Origin: Myxococcota bacterium
GTDB lineage: Bacteria; Myxococcota_A; UBA9160; UBA4427
Reading direction: 5' to 3'
NCBI GenBank assembly: GCA_965250285.1
Contig: OZ252299.1
Coordinates: forward strand, 3,776,001-3,840,000
Length of the DNA: 64,000 nt
Of this stretch, positions 42,301-49,877 are shown piece after piece. The notes beneath the pieces were generated by a model. That model did no database searches and was not told the DNA's origin. It saw nothing but the letters and a program-made list of their open reading frames with translations. Made by a program: the position numbers and the translations under genes. Position 1 is the first letter of the stretch. Every line of letters begins with the position of its first letter.

Positions 42301-43494
42301 ACCGTCGTCCCCGAGCCGACCCTGTCGTTCACCAGCACGAGAACGCTGATGGCCGCCGGTGGACGCACGCGGCTTTCCTGGAGCACCACGGACGTCGACA
42401 CCTGTGTCGCCGGGGGCAGCTGGCAAGGTGCGCGCGACCCGAGCGGCACGTCGGCGTGGCTGACGCCGCTCGAGACGGCTGACTATACGCTGACGTGCAC
42501 CGGCGTCGGCGGCGTCGCCTCGGAGACGCTGCAAGTGGTCGTCGACCCCGAGCGCGCCGTCGGCCGTCTGGCGAGCTGGGGCGAAGACGTCGAGGCGTTC
42601 CGCAACGACCTCGTCGTCGTGGCGAGCTTCGACGACGGCATCCACATCGTCGACATCTCGGACCCGACCTCGCCGACGATCGTCGACGCCTGGGATCCGG
42701 TCACGTGCATCGATGAGGAGATCTACGGCCCCGAAGTCGTCGACTTCATGGTCGAGGACGTCGAGATCGATGGCAGCCTCGCCTATCTCTCGACGGGTCC
42801 GTGTGGCGTGTGGATCGTCGACCTCGACGCGCTCGGCGACGACCCCGTCGCGATCTTCGACACCGAAGGCTGGACCGAGGCCGTCGAGCTCGCCGGCGAT
42901 ATCGCCTATGTGGCCGACTACAACGGCGGCGTCGTCGTGCTCGACGTGAGCGATCCGGCCGATCCGTTCGAGCTGACGCGCGTGGGCTTCGACGACCCGG
43001 ACATGGGCGCGGTGCTCGACATCGACGTGAGCGGCGACACCGCCTACGTCGCAGCCGATGGCGGGCTGCGTGTGCTCGACGTCAGCGATCCGAGTCTCGC
43101 CATCGAGATCGGTCGGTTCGATACCGAATCGATCCCGGGTGCGATCCCGCAAGACGTCCTCTACGTCGACGGGGTCGTCTACATGCCGATCTGGACGGCG
43201 GGTCTGCTGATCCTCTCGGCCGACGACCCGACGGCGCCGGTGCAGGAGGACTCGATCTCCACCGCGTACGCGATGTACGAAGTGAAGGCCGAGGGCACGA
43301 CCTTCTACGTCTCGGAGGGCACCGAAGGCGTGCGTGTCCTGCGCATCACGACGCCGCAGGATCAGACCGAGCTCGAGCGGATCGACCCGGGCAAGTTCGT
43401 CTGGGGCATCGAGCGCACCGGGGGCCGCACCGTCGTCAGCTTCGGTGACCTCGACGACGACAGCGGCGGTCTTCAGGTCATCATCGATCGCTGA
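36361..43494 (+). CDS. Giant secreted adhesin-like protein: 25 Cys-paired Ig/PKD-like repeats plus C-terminal LVIVD-repeat beta-propeller
   Basis: Signal peptide ending QSAAA. Repeats of L.W.s.nAtSC...Y...C.G.GG. C-terminal GIHIVDISDP, GVVVLDVSDP, GLRVLDVSDP. Confidence 0.88.
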   Translation: MKRALRRTRVRSLTDGSATRRRAVERHVLLWFVLLTVGLATAQSAAAQSVTLSAAPDTMPTGGTSTLTWVTADVDTCTASDGWTGALDAAGGSQGVSPTTTTLYTVTCDGPGGQAVDSATITVGPAVTATLGADVDTIPLGGTSQLTWSSTDATSCIGTNFDTAGAASGSISVTPATTTLYSVTCTGTGGATSAPAQQTVSVGPAVTATLGADVDTIPLGGTSQLTWSSTDATSCAGTGFDTGAATSGSVAVAPTTTTLYSVVCTGAGGATSPAAEQTVTVGAAVTATLGADLATLPLGGSSLLTWSSTDATSCIGTNFDTAGATSGSAPVTPLTTTLYSVVCSGAGGATSAPAEQTVTVGAAVTASLGADVDTIPLGGSSLLTWSSTDATSCTGTGFETSGATSGSVAVAPTTTTLYALVCTGVGGATSSAAEQTVTVGAAVTATLDADFLSVPLGGTSQLTWSGANADSCTGTNFTTGDAAAGSVDVSPTATTVYSITCTGSGGATSNPVDVTVSVDPAVSATLITTPSAVPLGGSADLTWSSTSATSCTGTGFSTGGAPSGSISVAPATTTAYSVTCAGNGGASSAPADGSLTIGPPVTSSLSANPTTIALGGSSGLTWGSTDAISCTGTGFSTGGAASGTVSVSPGSSTIYSVTCVGAGGATSSAATASVAVGGGVTAFLTADFDAIPLGGSSLLSWSSSNATSCTGTGFTTGGAVAGSVPVSPTSTTVYAVDCTGSGGANDSAEFTVAVGPAISAALTATPDTIALGGASSLEWSSSNATSCTGIGFSTGGAVSGQIDVSPTTSSAYGVTCTGNGGANSPIAQATVTVSGPVAASLSATPAAIALGGSTTLEWSGVNATSCVGSGFDTGAAASGSVVVTPTADSDYSVTCTGAGGATSAPASTSVTVGAAVGATLTATPGQIAQGGTSTLDWSGDNATSCVGVGFSTGGAPSGSIDVAPATTTAYSVTCSGAGGATSPVANATVTVGAGVTASLVGNPTSIASGGSSELTWGSTNATSCTASSAQDAAWNGARSPGGGTVTVTPTVDSTYALTCTGAGGASSPPATTTITVGAAVTASLAANPTAMPLGGTSQLTWGSTNATSCTASSTDDPAWNGSRAVGGGTLDVTPTATATYTIVCAGAGGAESAPANVTVVVGSAVTVALTATPESIAPGGSSQLTWSSGSATSCTGTGFDTAGAPNGSAEVSPTTTTNYSVLCTGAGGATSPSAAASVTVGSAVAATLTATPSSIAQGGSSELSWSSVNATSCTGTGFATGGATSGSVSVSPILTTAYTLTCEGAGGATSPVQNANVSVGPAVTASLDATALSIALGGSSELSWSSTNATSCTASSAQDPSWSGGQPIGGGTLTVSPTVTSTYTLTCEGAGGATSTPASVTIAVGEAVTATLGATLTSIAQGGTSDLTWGSANASSCVASSAEDASWNGARSVAGGTVTVTPTVTSTYQLVCAGAGGASSTPATVTISVGGSVSAQLNAAPSIIAAGGSSTLTWSSSNATSCSGTGFSTSGATSGSVSVSPTTSTTYSMSCSGEGGAGSAPVNTTVTIAPLPTVTLTATPSTIAAGNSTTLDWVVSEASSCIASSDEDPSWAGARSPTGGSLGVTPAETATYTLSCTDAFDQQVEDSVTVIVSAGPTVELVASPETIAPLGSSSLSWSVDNAVSCTAFSAQDPAWTGSVPVDGGPVLVTPQTNATYTLTCTDAVGQAQNAEATVNITPTVTLTADPNNVLLGGSTALAWATTNATSCDASGALDWSGTVSTGPAAALVTPTVDTVYTITCTGPGGVAIDTAAVTVSSSPGDPPPTVILNADPLEVGNGGSSTLSWVTTDAVSCTASGAGDWSGSVPIGTASRVVRPTAPETVYTLTCANSVGAERSADITVRVAPPPALELSADPVRLAAGASTQINWSPTDAQSCSASAGWSGAKTSDGDTESIVVNETTTFTLECTGLSGTVSQSVTVTVVPEPTLSFTSTRTLMAAGGRTRLSWSTTDVDTCVAGGSWQGARDPSGTSAWLTPLETADYTLTCTGVGGVASETLQVVVDPERAVGRLASWGEDVEAFRNDLVVVASFDDGIHIVDISDPTSPTIVDAWDPVTCIDEEIYGPEVVDFMVEDVEIDGSLAYLSTGPCGVWIVDLDALGDDPVAIFDTEGWTEAVELAGDIAYVADYNGGVVVLDVSDPADPFELTRVGFDDPDMGAVLDIDVSGDTAYVAADGGLRVLDVSDPSLAIEIGRFDTESIPGAIPQDVLYVDGVVYMPIWTAGLLILSADDPTAPVQEDSISTAYAMYEVKAEGTTFYVSEGTEGVRVLRITTPQDQTELERIDPGKFVWGIERTGGRTVVSFGDLDDDSGGLQVIIDR
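36502..42552 (+). repeat. Coding tandem array of 25 degenerate units of about 79-86 aa
   Basis: Counted from the translation. Each unit has one conserved Trp and two Cys. Units 2-5 are the most similar to each other. Confidence 0.85.
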
Positions 43495-43530
43495 GCGGGT
43501 TTCGGCGCGCTGCGCCGATGCGCCGCGACG

Positions 43531-45672
43531 TCAGAACTCGATCACGCCGGTATCGGGCATCACCTGGATCAGCTGCTCGATCTCGACGCCACCGGGCAGC
43601 TCGGCCACGAACGTGTGCAGGCCGGGTGCGATGACGAGATCGGCGATCGGCGCGACGCCGATGCGCTCGCCGTCCACGCTGAGCGTCGTGCCCGGCTCGA
43701 GCTCGACCCGCACCCGGGCATAGGCCGCTGCCGGCGCGCCGGGATCGGCCGCGTCGCGCGGGCCGATCACGATGGCCGTGACCGAGCCGTCGGCGGCCTC
43801 GCGGGCGGGCTCATTCGTCGACGCGGGCGTCGCAGATCGATCGCGCGCCGCCGGCGTTCGCTCGGGCTTCGCTGCGGGCGCTCTTCGCGCGGCGGCGGGT
43901 GTCGCCGGCACCGGCGCGCGAGCGGGCGCCGCCGCTGCACTGGGCGTGGCCAGCGCGACTGCGCGCGCCGTCGACGGCGCCGTCGACTCGGGCGAGGTGG
44001 TCATCGCGGGCGACGGGGCGACCGCCGCACCGAGCGCCGGCTTCGACTCGGGCCGGCTCGGCGCCGGGCGCGGAGGCGCAGCCGGCGCGACGGGCGCACG
44101 CGCGAGCGGGCCCGCCATCGGCGGCGCCAGCGCCGCGAGCGGACGGTCGGGCGCCAGGATCATTCGACGCGTGGGCAGATCGTGCGAGAGCAGCGGCAGC
44201 GAAGCGGATCCCTCGGCCTCGATCTCGACCGGCTCGGGCGATGCGGAGGCCGCCTCGTCGACAGCCGCCTCGGCGGTCGCGAGCGTGGGCGCGGCGGGGT
44301 CGCGATCGACGCGGCCCGCCATGTATCCACCCATGACCGCCGCAACCACCACGGCCGCCATGAGGATCCACTGCCGCTTCGCTGCCCCGATCGGTCGCGA
44401 CGGCTCCGGAGCCGCCGCCACGGACGCGGCTTCGCCTCTTTCTCCTGTTGTCGTCGTCGTCGTTGCCGACGCGGCATCGGCCACGCGCGGCGAGGCGGGC
44501 GGATCGGCCAGGCCGGTGGGGGGCGACGCTTCGGTCGACGGGGCCGAGGTGCGCGCGGTCGCCGGCGGCGACGACGCGCCGACCTGCGGCGCGGGGCTCA
44601 GCGGCCACGTGGAGGCAGCAGACGTCAGCGATGACGCCGGCGGCGGGGCCGAGGTGCGGTCGACGTCCGTTGACGCCGGGCGCTGTGTGTCCGGCGCTGA
44701 CTGATCTCGGCCCTGCGCGCCCTCGTCGGTCGCCGTCTCGTCGGGCGGCACGAGCGGCCCGATCCCCGTCTTGAGAAAACCGGGGGGAAACAGCTCGTGC
44801 ATCGGGTCCGACGCCTCGGCGCTGCGACGCGCGTCGCCCCCGAGGAGCCCGCCGCCGAGGCTTCCCTGGGCGTTCCAGACGTCTTCGAACGGCTGCGTGC
44901 GCGGGCGCGCGGGCGAAGCGCCCGGGTCCGCCGCGCCGTCATAACGGTCGGGAATCGGTTCGCCCGCCGCGAGCCTGCGCAGCGTCTCGTAGGCGAGCGC
45001 GTTCACGCGCCGCGGGTTGCCACGCGCCCCCTCGGTCACGTAGCGCATGGCTGATTCGTCGAACTTGTCCTCGAGTGCGGCCGCGTCGGAGGACTCGCCG
45101 AGATGACGACGGATGTACTCGGCGGTCTCCTCCGCATCCATGGGCGTATCGAAACGGACGGTCACGACGGCCGCTTCAGCTCCGATCTCGCGTTCGAACG
45201 ACGCCGCGTCGGCCTCATCCTCGGTCACCGCGAACACGACGCAGAGATCACCGCGTGCGCGCGTCGCGGCGCGGACCAGCTGCCGCGACGATGCGACCGG
45301 CGCATGCGTGGCCTGATCGACGATCACGAGCACGCGCCGCCCACGCGCCGCCGCATTGCGCGCGGCCAGCGCGAGTGCAGCCGAGGGATCGCCCTCGTCT
45401 TCGCGCTCGACCTCGAGCTGGTCGAGCACGCGGTGTGAGATCTCCATCGAGGGCGAAGGCGAGACCGCGATCCGCGCGACTCGCCACGAGCCCGCGAATC
45501 GCTCGTCGAGCACCGCGAGCAACATGCTCTTGCCGATCCCGGCCGGTCCGCGCAGAACGACGGCCGGCGCCACTTCGGAGACGAGCCGCTCGAGCTGGCC
45601 CAATGCGTCGTCGCTCGCGGGGCGCGAGACGTACACGCGCGCGTCCACGGCGACTTCGAAGGGATTGATCAC
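43531..45672 (-). CDS. ExeA-like AAA ATPase with Pro/Ala-rich linkers, one TM helix and a C-terminal PEGA-like domain
   Basis: NPF, Walker A GPAGIGKS, Walker B VIVDQA, EETAEYIRRHL, GNPRRVN; TM WILMAAVVVAAVMGGY; C-terminal PGTTLSVDGERIGVAPI...PGLH. Confidence 0.8.
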   Translation of the reverse strand: MINPFEVAVDARVYVSRPASDDALGQLERLVSEVAPAVVLRGPAGIGKSMLLAVLDERFAGSWRVARIAVSPSPSMEISHRVLDQLEVEREDEGDPSAALALAARNAAARGRRVLVIVDQATHAPVASSRQLVRAATRARGDLCVVFAVTEDEADAASFEREIGAEAAVVTVRFDTPMDAEETAEYIRRHLGESSDAAALEDKFDESAMRYVTEGARGNPRRVNALAYETLRRLAAGEPIPDRYDGAADPGASPARPRTQPFEDVWNAQGSLGGGLLGGDARRSAEASDPMHELFPPGFLKTGIGPLVPPDETATDEGAQGRDQSAPDTQRPASTDVDRTSAPPPASSLTSAASTWPLSPAPQVGASSPPATARTSAPSTEASPPTGLADPPASPRVADAASATTTTTTGERGEAASVAAAPEPSRPIGAAKRQWILMAAVVVAAVMGGYMAGRVDRDPAAPTLATAEAAVDEAASASPEPVEIEAEGSASLPLLSHDLPTRRMILAPDRPLAALAPPMAGPLARAPVAPAAPPRPAPSRPESKPALGAAVAPSPAMTTSPESTAPSTARAVALATPSAAAAPARAPVPATPAAARRAPAAKPERTPAARDRSATPASTNEPAREAADGSVTAIVIGPRDAADPGAPAAAYARVRVELEPGTTLSVDGERIGVAPIADLVIAPGLHTFVAELPGGVEIEQLIQVMPDTGVIEF

Positions 45673-46131
45673 GTTCGGGAGGCTCACTGGCCCACAGCTC
45701 CGCGCTGAACCGAATCGGCTCGACCCCGCGCACGAAGGTGATCGAGCGCGAATCAACCGGTGCCGCGCGCACCGACGGCGGGCACCCCGGAACACTCAAG
45801 GGTGCACAGCGCTGGCGGCGATGACAACCCGAACGACCGGGTCGACGGGCGCGATGCCCACGAGGCGCCCGACCTACTCGGGCGTGCCTATTTTTGTCAA
45901 CAAATTCAATTGTTTACGAAGTCGACCCGATCGCGTCGCCAGCGTCTGAATTCGGAACGCGAGGGCGCAACCGCGGCCGCGACACCCGCTCGCGTCGCGC
46001 GAATCGGGGGACCGAGCGGGGCCGCGTGCGGGCGGCCACGAGCCAACCGCCCCGAGCCGGTCGAGCGTCGAAGCGCCGGGTGCGGGCCCTGTATCGTCTG
46101 CGCGGATCGATCGAGGAGCGGTGGAGCCGAC

Positions 46132-47019
46132 ATGCCGGAGCCCGAGCCGAAGGCACAGGACGAACCGCAGTCGCGAGCGGAAGTCGTCGCCAATCTCGTC
46201 GTCGTCGCGTTGCTGCTGATCGCGATCGGCGGCGGCCTGCTCGTGTACGTCGATCGCGATGGCCTGGGCCGCACGCAGGACGCCGTGGTGGCCGCCGACT
46301 CGATCCGCGTCACGGCCAACGTCTCGGGGCCGATCGACGAGCTCGCCGTCGTCGACAACCAGCGGGTCGAAGCAGGGGCCCTGCTCTTCCGCATCGATCG
46401 CCGGCCCTTCGAGGCGCGCGTCGAAGCGGCCAAGGGCCAGCACGCCGCCGCGCTCGCCACTGCCAAGGACGCGCAGATTCGCCTCAAGCGCGTGCAGGAA
46501 GAGTACGACGCGGGCAGCGTCGTCAGTCGGCAGTCGCTCGACGACGCCACCGCGGCAGCGGATCACGCGCAGGCCGAGGTCGCAGAGACGGCGGGCCTGC
46601 TGGCGCTGGCCCAGGTCGAGCTCGCGTACTGCGAAGTGCACGCGCCGTTCGCAGGCATCGTGACCGGGCTCGACACCCAGGTCGGCGAGTACGTTTCGGC
46701 CGGCGACACGATCTTCGCTTTGATCGACGCCGACAGCTTTCACGTGCTCGCGTACATGAAGGAGCAGTATCTGGCCCCCGCCGTGCCCGGTGCTCGCGCC
46801 GAGGTCACGCTCTGGCAGTACCCCGACGAGGTCTTCGACGGCGAGGTCGTGAGCGTCGCGCGCGGGGTCTACACCCTCGACAACGTGAGCGGCGTACCCG
46901 TCGTCGAGAAGACGCTCGATTGGGTGCAGCTCGCCGCGCGGATCCCGGTGCGGATCCGCCTCGATACCGATCGCCCCCTCACGATGGGCACGACCGCCCA
47001 CGTCCGGATCGTCGAGTGA
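46132..47019 (+). CDS. HlyD family membrane fusion protein (AaeA/MdtN-like)
   Basis: TQDAVV...VSGPI...VDNQRVEAGALLFRID...APFAGIV...DWVQLAARIPVRI. Confidence 0.9.
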   Translation: MPEPEPKAQDEPQSRAEVVANLVVVALLLIAIGGGLLVYVDRDGLGRTQDAVVAADSIRVTANVSGPIDELAVVDNQRVEAGALLFRIDRRPFEARVEAAKGQHAAALATAKDAQIRLKRVQEEYDAGSVVSRQSLDDATAAADHAQAEVAETAGLLALAQVELAYCEVHAPFAGIVTGLDTQVGEYVSAGDTIFALIDADSFHVLAYMKEQYLAPAVPGARAEVTLWQYPDEVFDGEVVSVARGVYTLDNVSGVPVVEKTLDWVQLAARIPVRIRLDTDRPLTMGTTAHVRIVE

Positions 47020-48011
47020 GTTCGCTCGCGATTCGACGCGCGCTCGTCGCGGCGTTCGCGGCCGCCGTGGGGGTCGGCATCGGTCACGGGATGACCCTCG
47101 GGCACTCGCATTGGTCGGTCATCACCGGGCTTACCCTGATCGCGCCCGCAGCCGACGGCACATGGATGCGCGCCTGCCTGCGCGTCGCCGGCACGAGCGC
47201 GTGTGCGATCTGGGTGATCGCCCTCTTCGGCGTCGCCGATCCGCAGCCTCAGTGGATCATCTTCGTGAGCCTCGCTGCCATGGTGTTGGGCTTCGCCATC
47301 GTCCCCTACACGCGGGCGCAGTACGCGGTGACGCTCTTTCTGCCTCTCAGCGCGATGTTCGCCATGTCGGCCCTCGACGCACCCGAGACCGCGCCGACCC
47401 TCGTCGGCGACCGCATCTTCTTCATCGCGCTCGGCGCCGTCCTCGTCACACTCGGCTGCGTCGTCCTGCGGTGCGAACGGGGGGCGGCCGGGCCACCGCC
47501 GGCGATGACGCTGACCGAGAGCCTCGACCGCGCGCTTCGCATCGGGCTCGCATGCGTGCTCTGCTCGGTGCTGGCCGCCGTCGTCCGCCGCCCCGAGCTC
47601 GCAAGCATGATGTGGGTCACGACGCTGGTGCTCGGCCTGGTCACGGGGCACGGCGCGCGACGCGACAAGGCGTCGCTCCGCCTCGGGGGCGCGCTGGCAG
47701 GCGGCATCACGACCGTTCTCGTCTACGTGTTCTTGATGGACTCGATGACGAGCATCTACAGCCTGATGGTCGTGGTGTTCGTCGTCACCTGGCTCTGCGG
47801 GCTACTCGTCAGTATGCCGTCGGTGTCGTACCTGGGCGTACAGGCGGGCATGGTCTTCGCGTGGAGCCTCGGCGACGCGCCGCGGCCGAGCGACGATCTG
47901 ATTCAACCCCTGACCCGTGTCTTTCAGGTCATCGCAGCGACGGTCATCCTGATGGCCGTGTACCGGATCAGGCTGCCCTCTCGAGTCTTCGCGAACACGA
48001 AGGCGGCCTGA
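47016..48011 (+). CDS. FUSC / aromatic acid exporter family membrane protein (compact)
   Basis: GTGA overlap with HlyD. Two internal repeats: WSVITGL...RACLRVAGT and MWVTTL...KASLRLGGALAG. Confidence 0.75.
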   Translation: MSSLAIRRALVAAFAAAVGVGIGHGMTLGHSHWSVITGLTLIAPAADGTWMRACLRVAGTSACAIWVIALFGVADPQPQWIIFVSLAAMVLGFAIVPYTRAQYAVTLFLPLSAMFAMSALDAPETAPTLVGDRIFFIALGAVLVTLGCVVLRCERGAAGPPPAMTLTESLDRALRIGLACVLCSVLAAVVRRPELASMMWVTTLVLGLVTGHGARRDKASLRLGGALAGGITTVLVYVFLMDSMTSIYSLMVVVFVVTWLCGLLVSMPSVSYLGVQAGMVFAWSLGDAPRPSDDLIQPLTRVFQVIAATVILMAVYRIRLPSRVFANTKAA

Positions 48012-48132
48012 AGACCGCAGCGGCTGCCCGGCGAGCGCCTCGTCGCGAGCCTGACTATGCTGCCGCCACTGCTTCGCCTGGTCGTCGCATGACGATCGAC
48101 GCGCTTCGAATCGACAGAGGGAGAAGGTCGCC

Positions 48133-48378
48133 ATGAACCGAGCCACGACGCGGATCCGACGAATCTCGAGCCACCTGTTCCTGGCCTCGATGCTGGCCGG
48201 GGGCGCGTTCGGTTGCGGGAGTGACGACGACTACCGAGGCCTGCAGCCCGCTCATGAAGAGGCGGTGCCGAACTCGGACGCGCAGGATGCGATGACCGAG
48301 GAAGAGCGCAAGAAGCAGCAGATCCGCATGGAGCAGGCGACCGAGGCGAAAGAGTTCGAAGAGGCGCAGCAGCAGTAG
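48133..48378 (+). CDS. Small hypothetical lipoprotein
   Basis: Basic N-terminus, hydrophobic stretch, lipobox AFGC, charged helical tail. Purine-rich RBS. Confidence 0.6.
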   Translation: MNRATTRIRRISSHLFLASMLAGGAFGCGSDDDYRGLQPAHEEAVPNSDAQDAMTEEERKKQQIRMEQATEAKEFEEAQQQ

Positions 48379-48423
48379 CGCTTCGCTCTCGCGCATAATG
48401 CCTGCGCGTACCGCCGCAGACGC

Positions 48424-49731
48424 TCAGCCCGAATCGGCGTTCTTCGGTGAGGCCGACTCTTCGACCGGTCGACCCGTGCGGAGCGTGCTGATCTCGACGA
48501 TGCCCGGCCGAAAGAACGTGCCCCAGAGCCAGTCGAAGGCGATCTGCAATCGCCGGGCGAGGCTTGGCATCTTCGACCAGTAGATCGCGCGCCACATCAG
48601 GTAGGCCGGCCAACCGGTCACATGTCGGCCGAACGGGTTGCCCACGGCGCGGCCGCGGCCGACCGCCGCGAACATCCCCTTCGTGTGATAGCGGAAGGGC
48701 TTGGGCTGACCCCCAGCGATCACCGCCGCCAGGTTCTCGGCGAGCTGATGCGCCTGCCGCACGGCGAACTGGCCGAGGGTCGGCGAGATGCTCCCGTCGA
48801 ATGCGTTCGGCACCGCCGCGCAGTCGCCGAGGGCCCAGACGTCTTCGCGCCCCTCGACCCGCATCTCGCCCGAGACGACGACGCGTTTGCGGTCCATCGG
48901 CAGCGACGCCTTGGCCAGCAGGGGTTGCACGTTGGTCCCGACCGCGCAGACCACGGTTCCGGCCTCGAGCGAATCGCCGTCGCCGAACTCGATGCCGTGC
49001 GCCGTCACGGCCTTCACCGAGGCGCGATTGCGCACCTCGACGCCGCGGTCTTCGAGATCGCGCTTTGCGCGGGCCGACAGATCTTCGGGGAGCGGCCCGA
49101 GGATGCGTGGGCCGCCGTCGACCAGCGTGACGCGCCGATCCGCCGGACCGAAGCGTTCGTAGAAGTCGGTGGCCTCGATGAGGAGGTCCACGATCGACCC
49201 GGCGACCTCGACGCCCGTGAAGCCGCCGCCGACCACCGCGAAGGAGAGTCTGCGCGCGCGCTGCGCGGGATCGGGCTCGTCCTCGGCCATCTCGAGCTGT
49301 TGGATGACGTGATTGCGGAGCGCGAGCGCGTCGCCGAGGGTCTTGAGCGGCCAGGCGTGGTGTTCCATCCCCGGCACGATCGTGAGGTCGGCCGCCTGGC
49401 CGCAGGCGAGCACGAGGTGGTCGTACGGCTCTCGGAGGGTCTGGCCGCTCGGGCTCTCGTAGACGACCTCTCTGGCGTCCAGATCGATGTCGAGGATTGC
49501 GGCGGTTCGGCAGGACACCCCCTGGACCATCTCGCGCACGGGCCACACGACGTGAAGGGGGTCGACGGCCGCACCCACGACCTCGGCCAGCAAGGGCGTG
49601 AAGACGAAGTGGTTCTCTCGACTGAACACGAGGATCTCGTAGCCCGCAGGCAGCTTGCGGCGGAGATCACCCGCCAGCGTGGCGCCGGCAAAGCCGCCAC
49701 CGATGATCACGATCCGCCCCGACCCCGACAT
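48424..49731 (-). CDS. ndh: Type II NADH:quinone oxidoreductase family flavoprotein
   Basis: IGGGFAG, FTPLL, YDHLVLA, VGGGFTGVE, WALGDCA, AVRQA, PFRY. Confidence 0.9.
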   Translation of the reverse strand: MSGSGRIVIIGGGFAGATLAGDLRRKLPAGYEILVFSRENHFVFTPLLAEVVGAAVDPLHVVWPVREMVQGVSCRTAAILDIDLDAREVVYESPSGQTLREPYDHLVLACGQAADLTIVPGMEHHAWPLKTLGDALALRNHVIQQLEMAEDEPDPAQRARRLSFAVVGGGFTGVEVAGSIVDLLIEATDFYERFGPADRRVTLVDGGPRILGPLPEDLSARAKRDLEDRGVEVRNRASVKAVTAHGIEFGDGDSLEAGTVVCAVGTNVQPLLAKASLPMDRKRVVVSGEMRVEGREDVWALGDCAAVPNAFDGSISPTLGQFAVRQAHQLAENLAAVIAGGQPKPFRYHTKGMFAAVGRGRAVGNPFGRHVTGWPAYLMWRAIYWSKMPSLARRLQIAFDWLWGTFFRPGIVEISTLRTGRPVEESASPKNADSG

Positions 49732-49877
49732 GTGTGCAAGCTACTCCATCTCGGCCGGTCGGCACTCGAACGCGGCTTCTCAGTCGACCGTTTCGCTGAT
49801 TCGAGCGCGCAGATCCGTGTATATTCGCAGGCGGCGTGGGCGGCCTCGAACGTCGCCCCTCGACGAGTGATCCTATC

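Noticed and set aside
36502..42552. Regularly recurring DNA motifs (e.g. TGGAGCAGCAC...ACGAGCTGC) that could suggest a CRISPR array
   Set aside because: They are in-frame, degenerate codon-level repeats of about 240 bp inside one ORF, and there are no cas genes.
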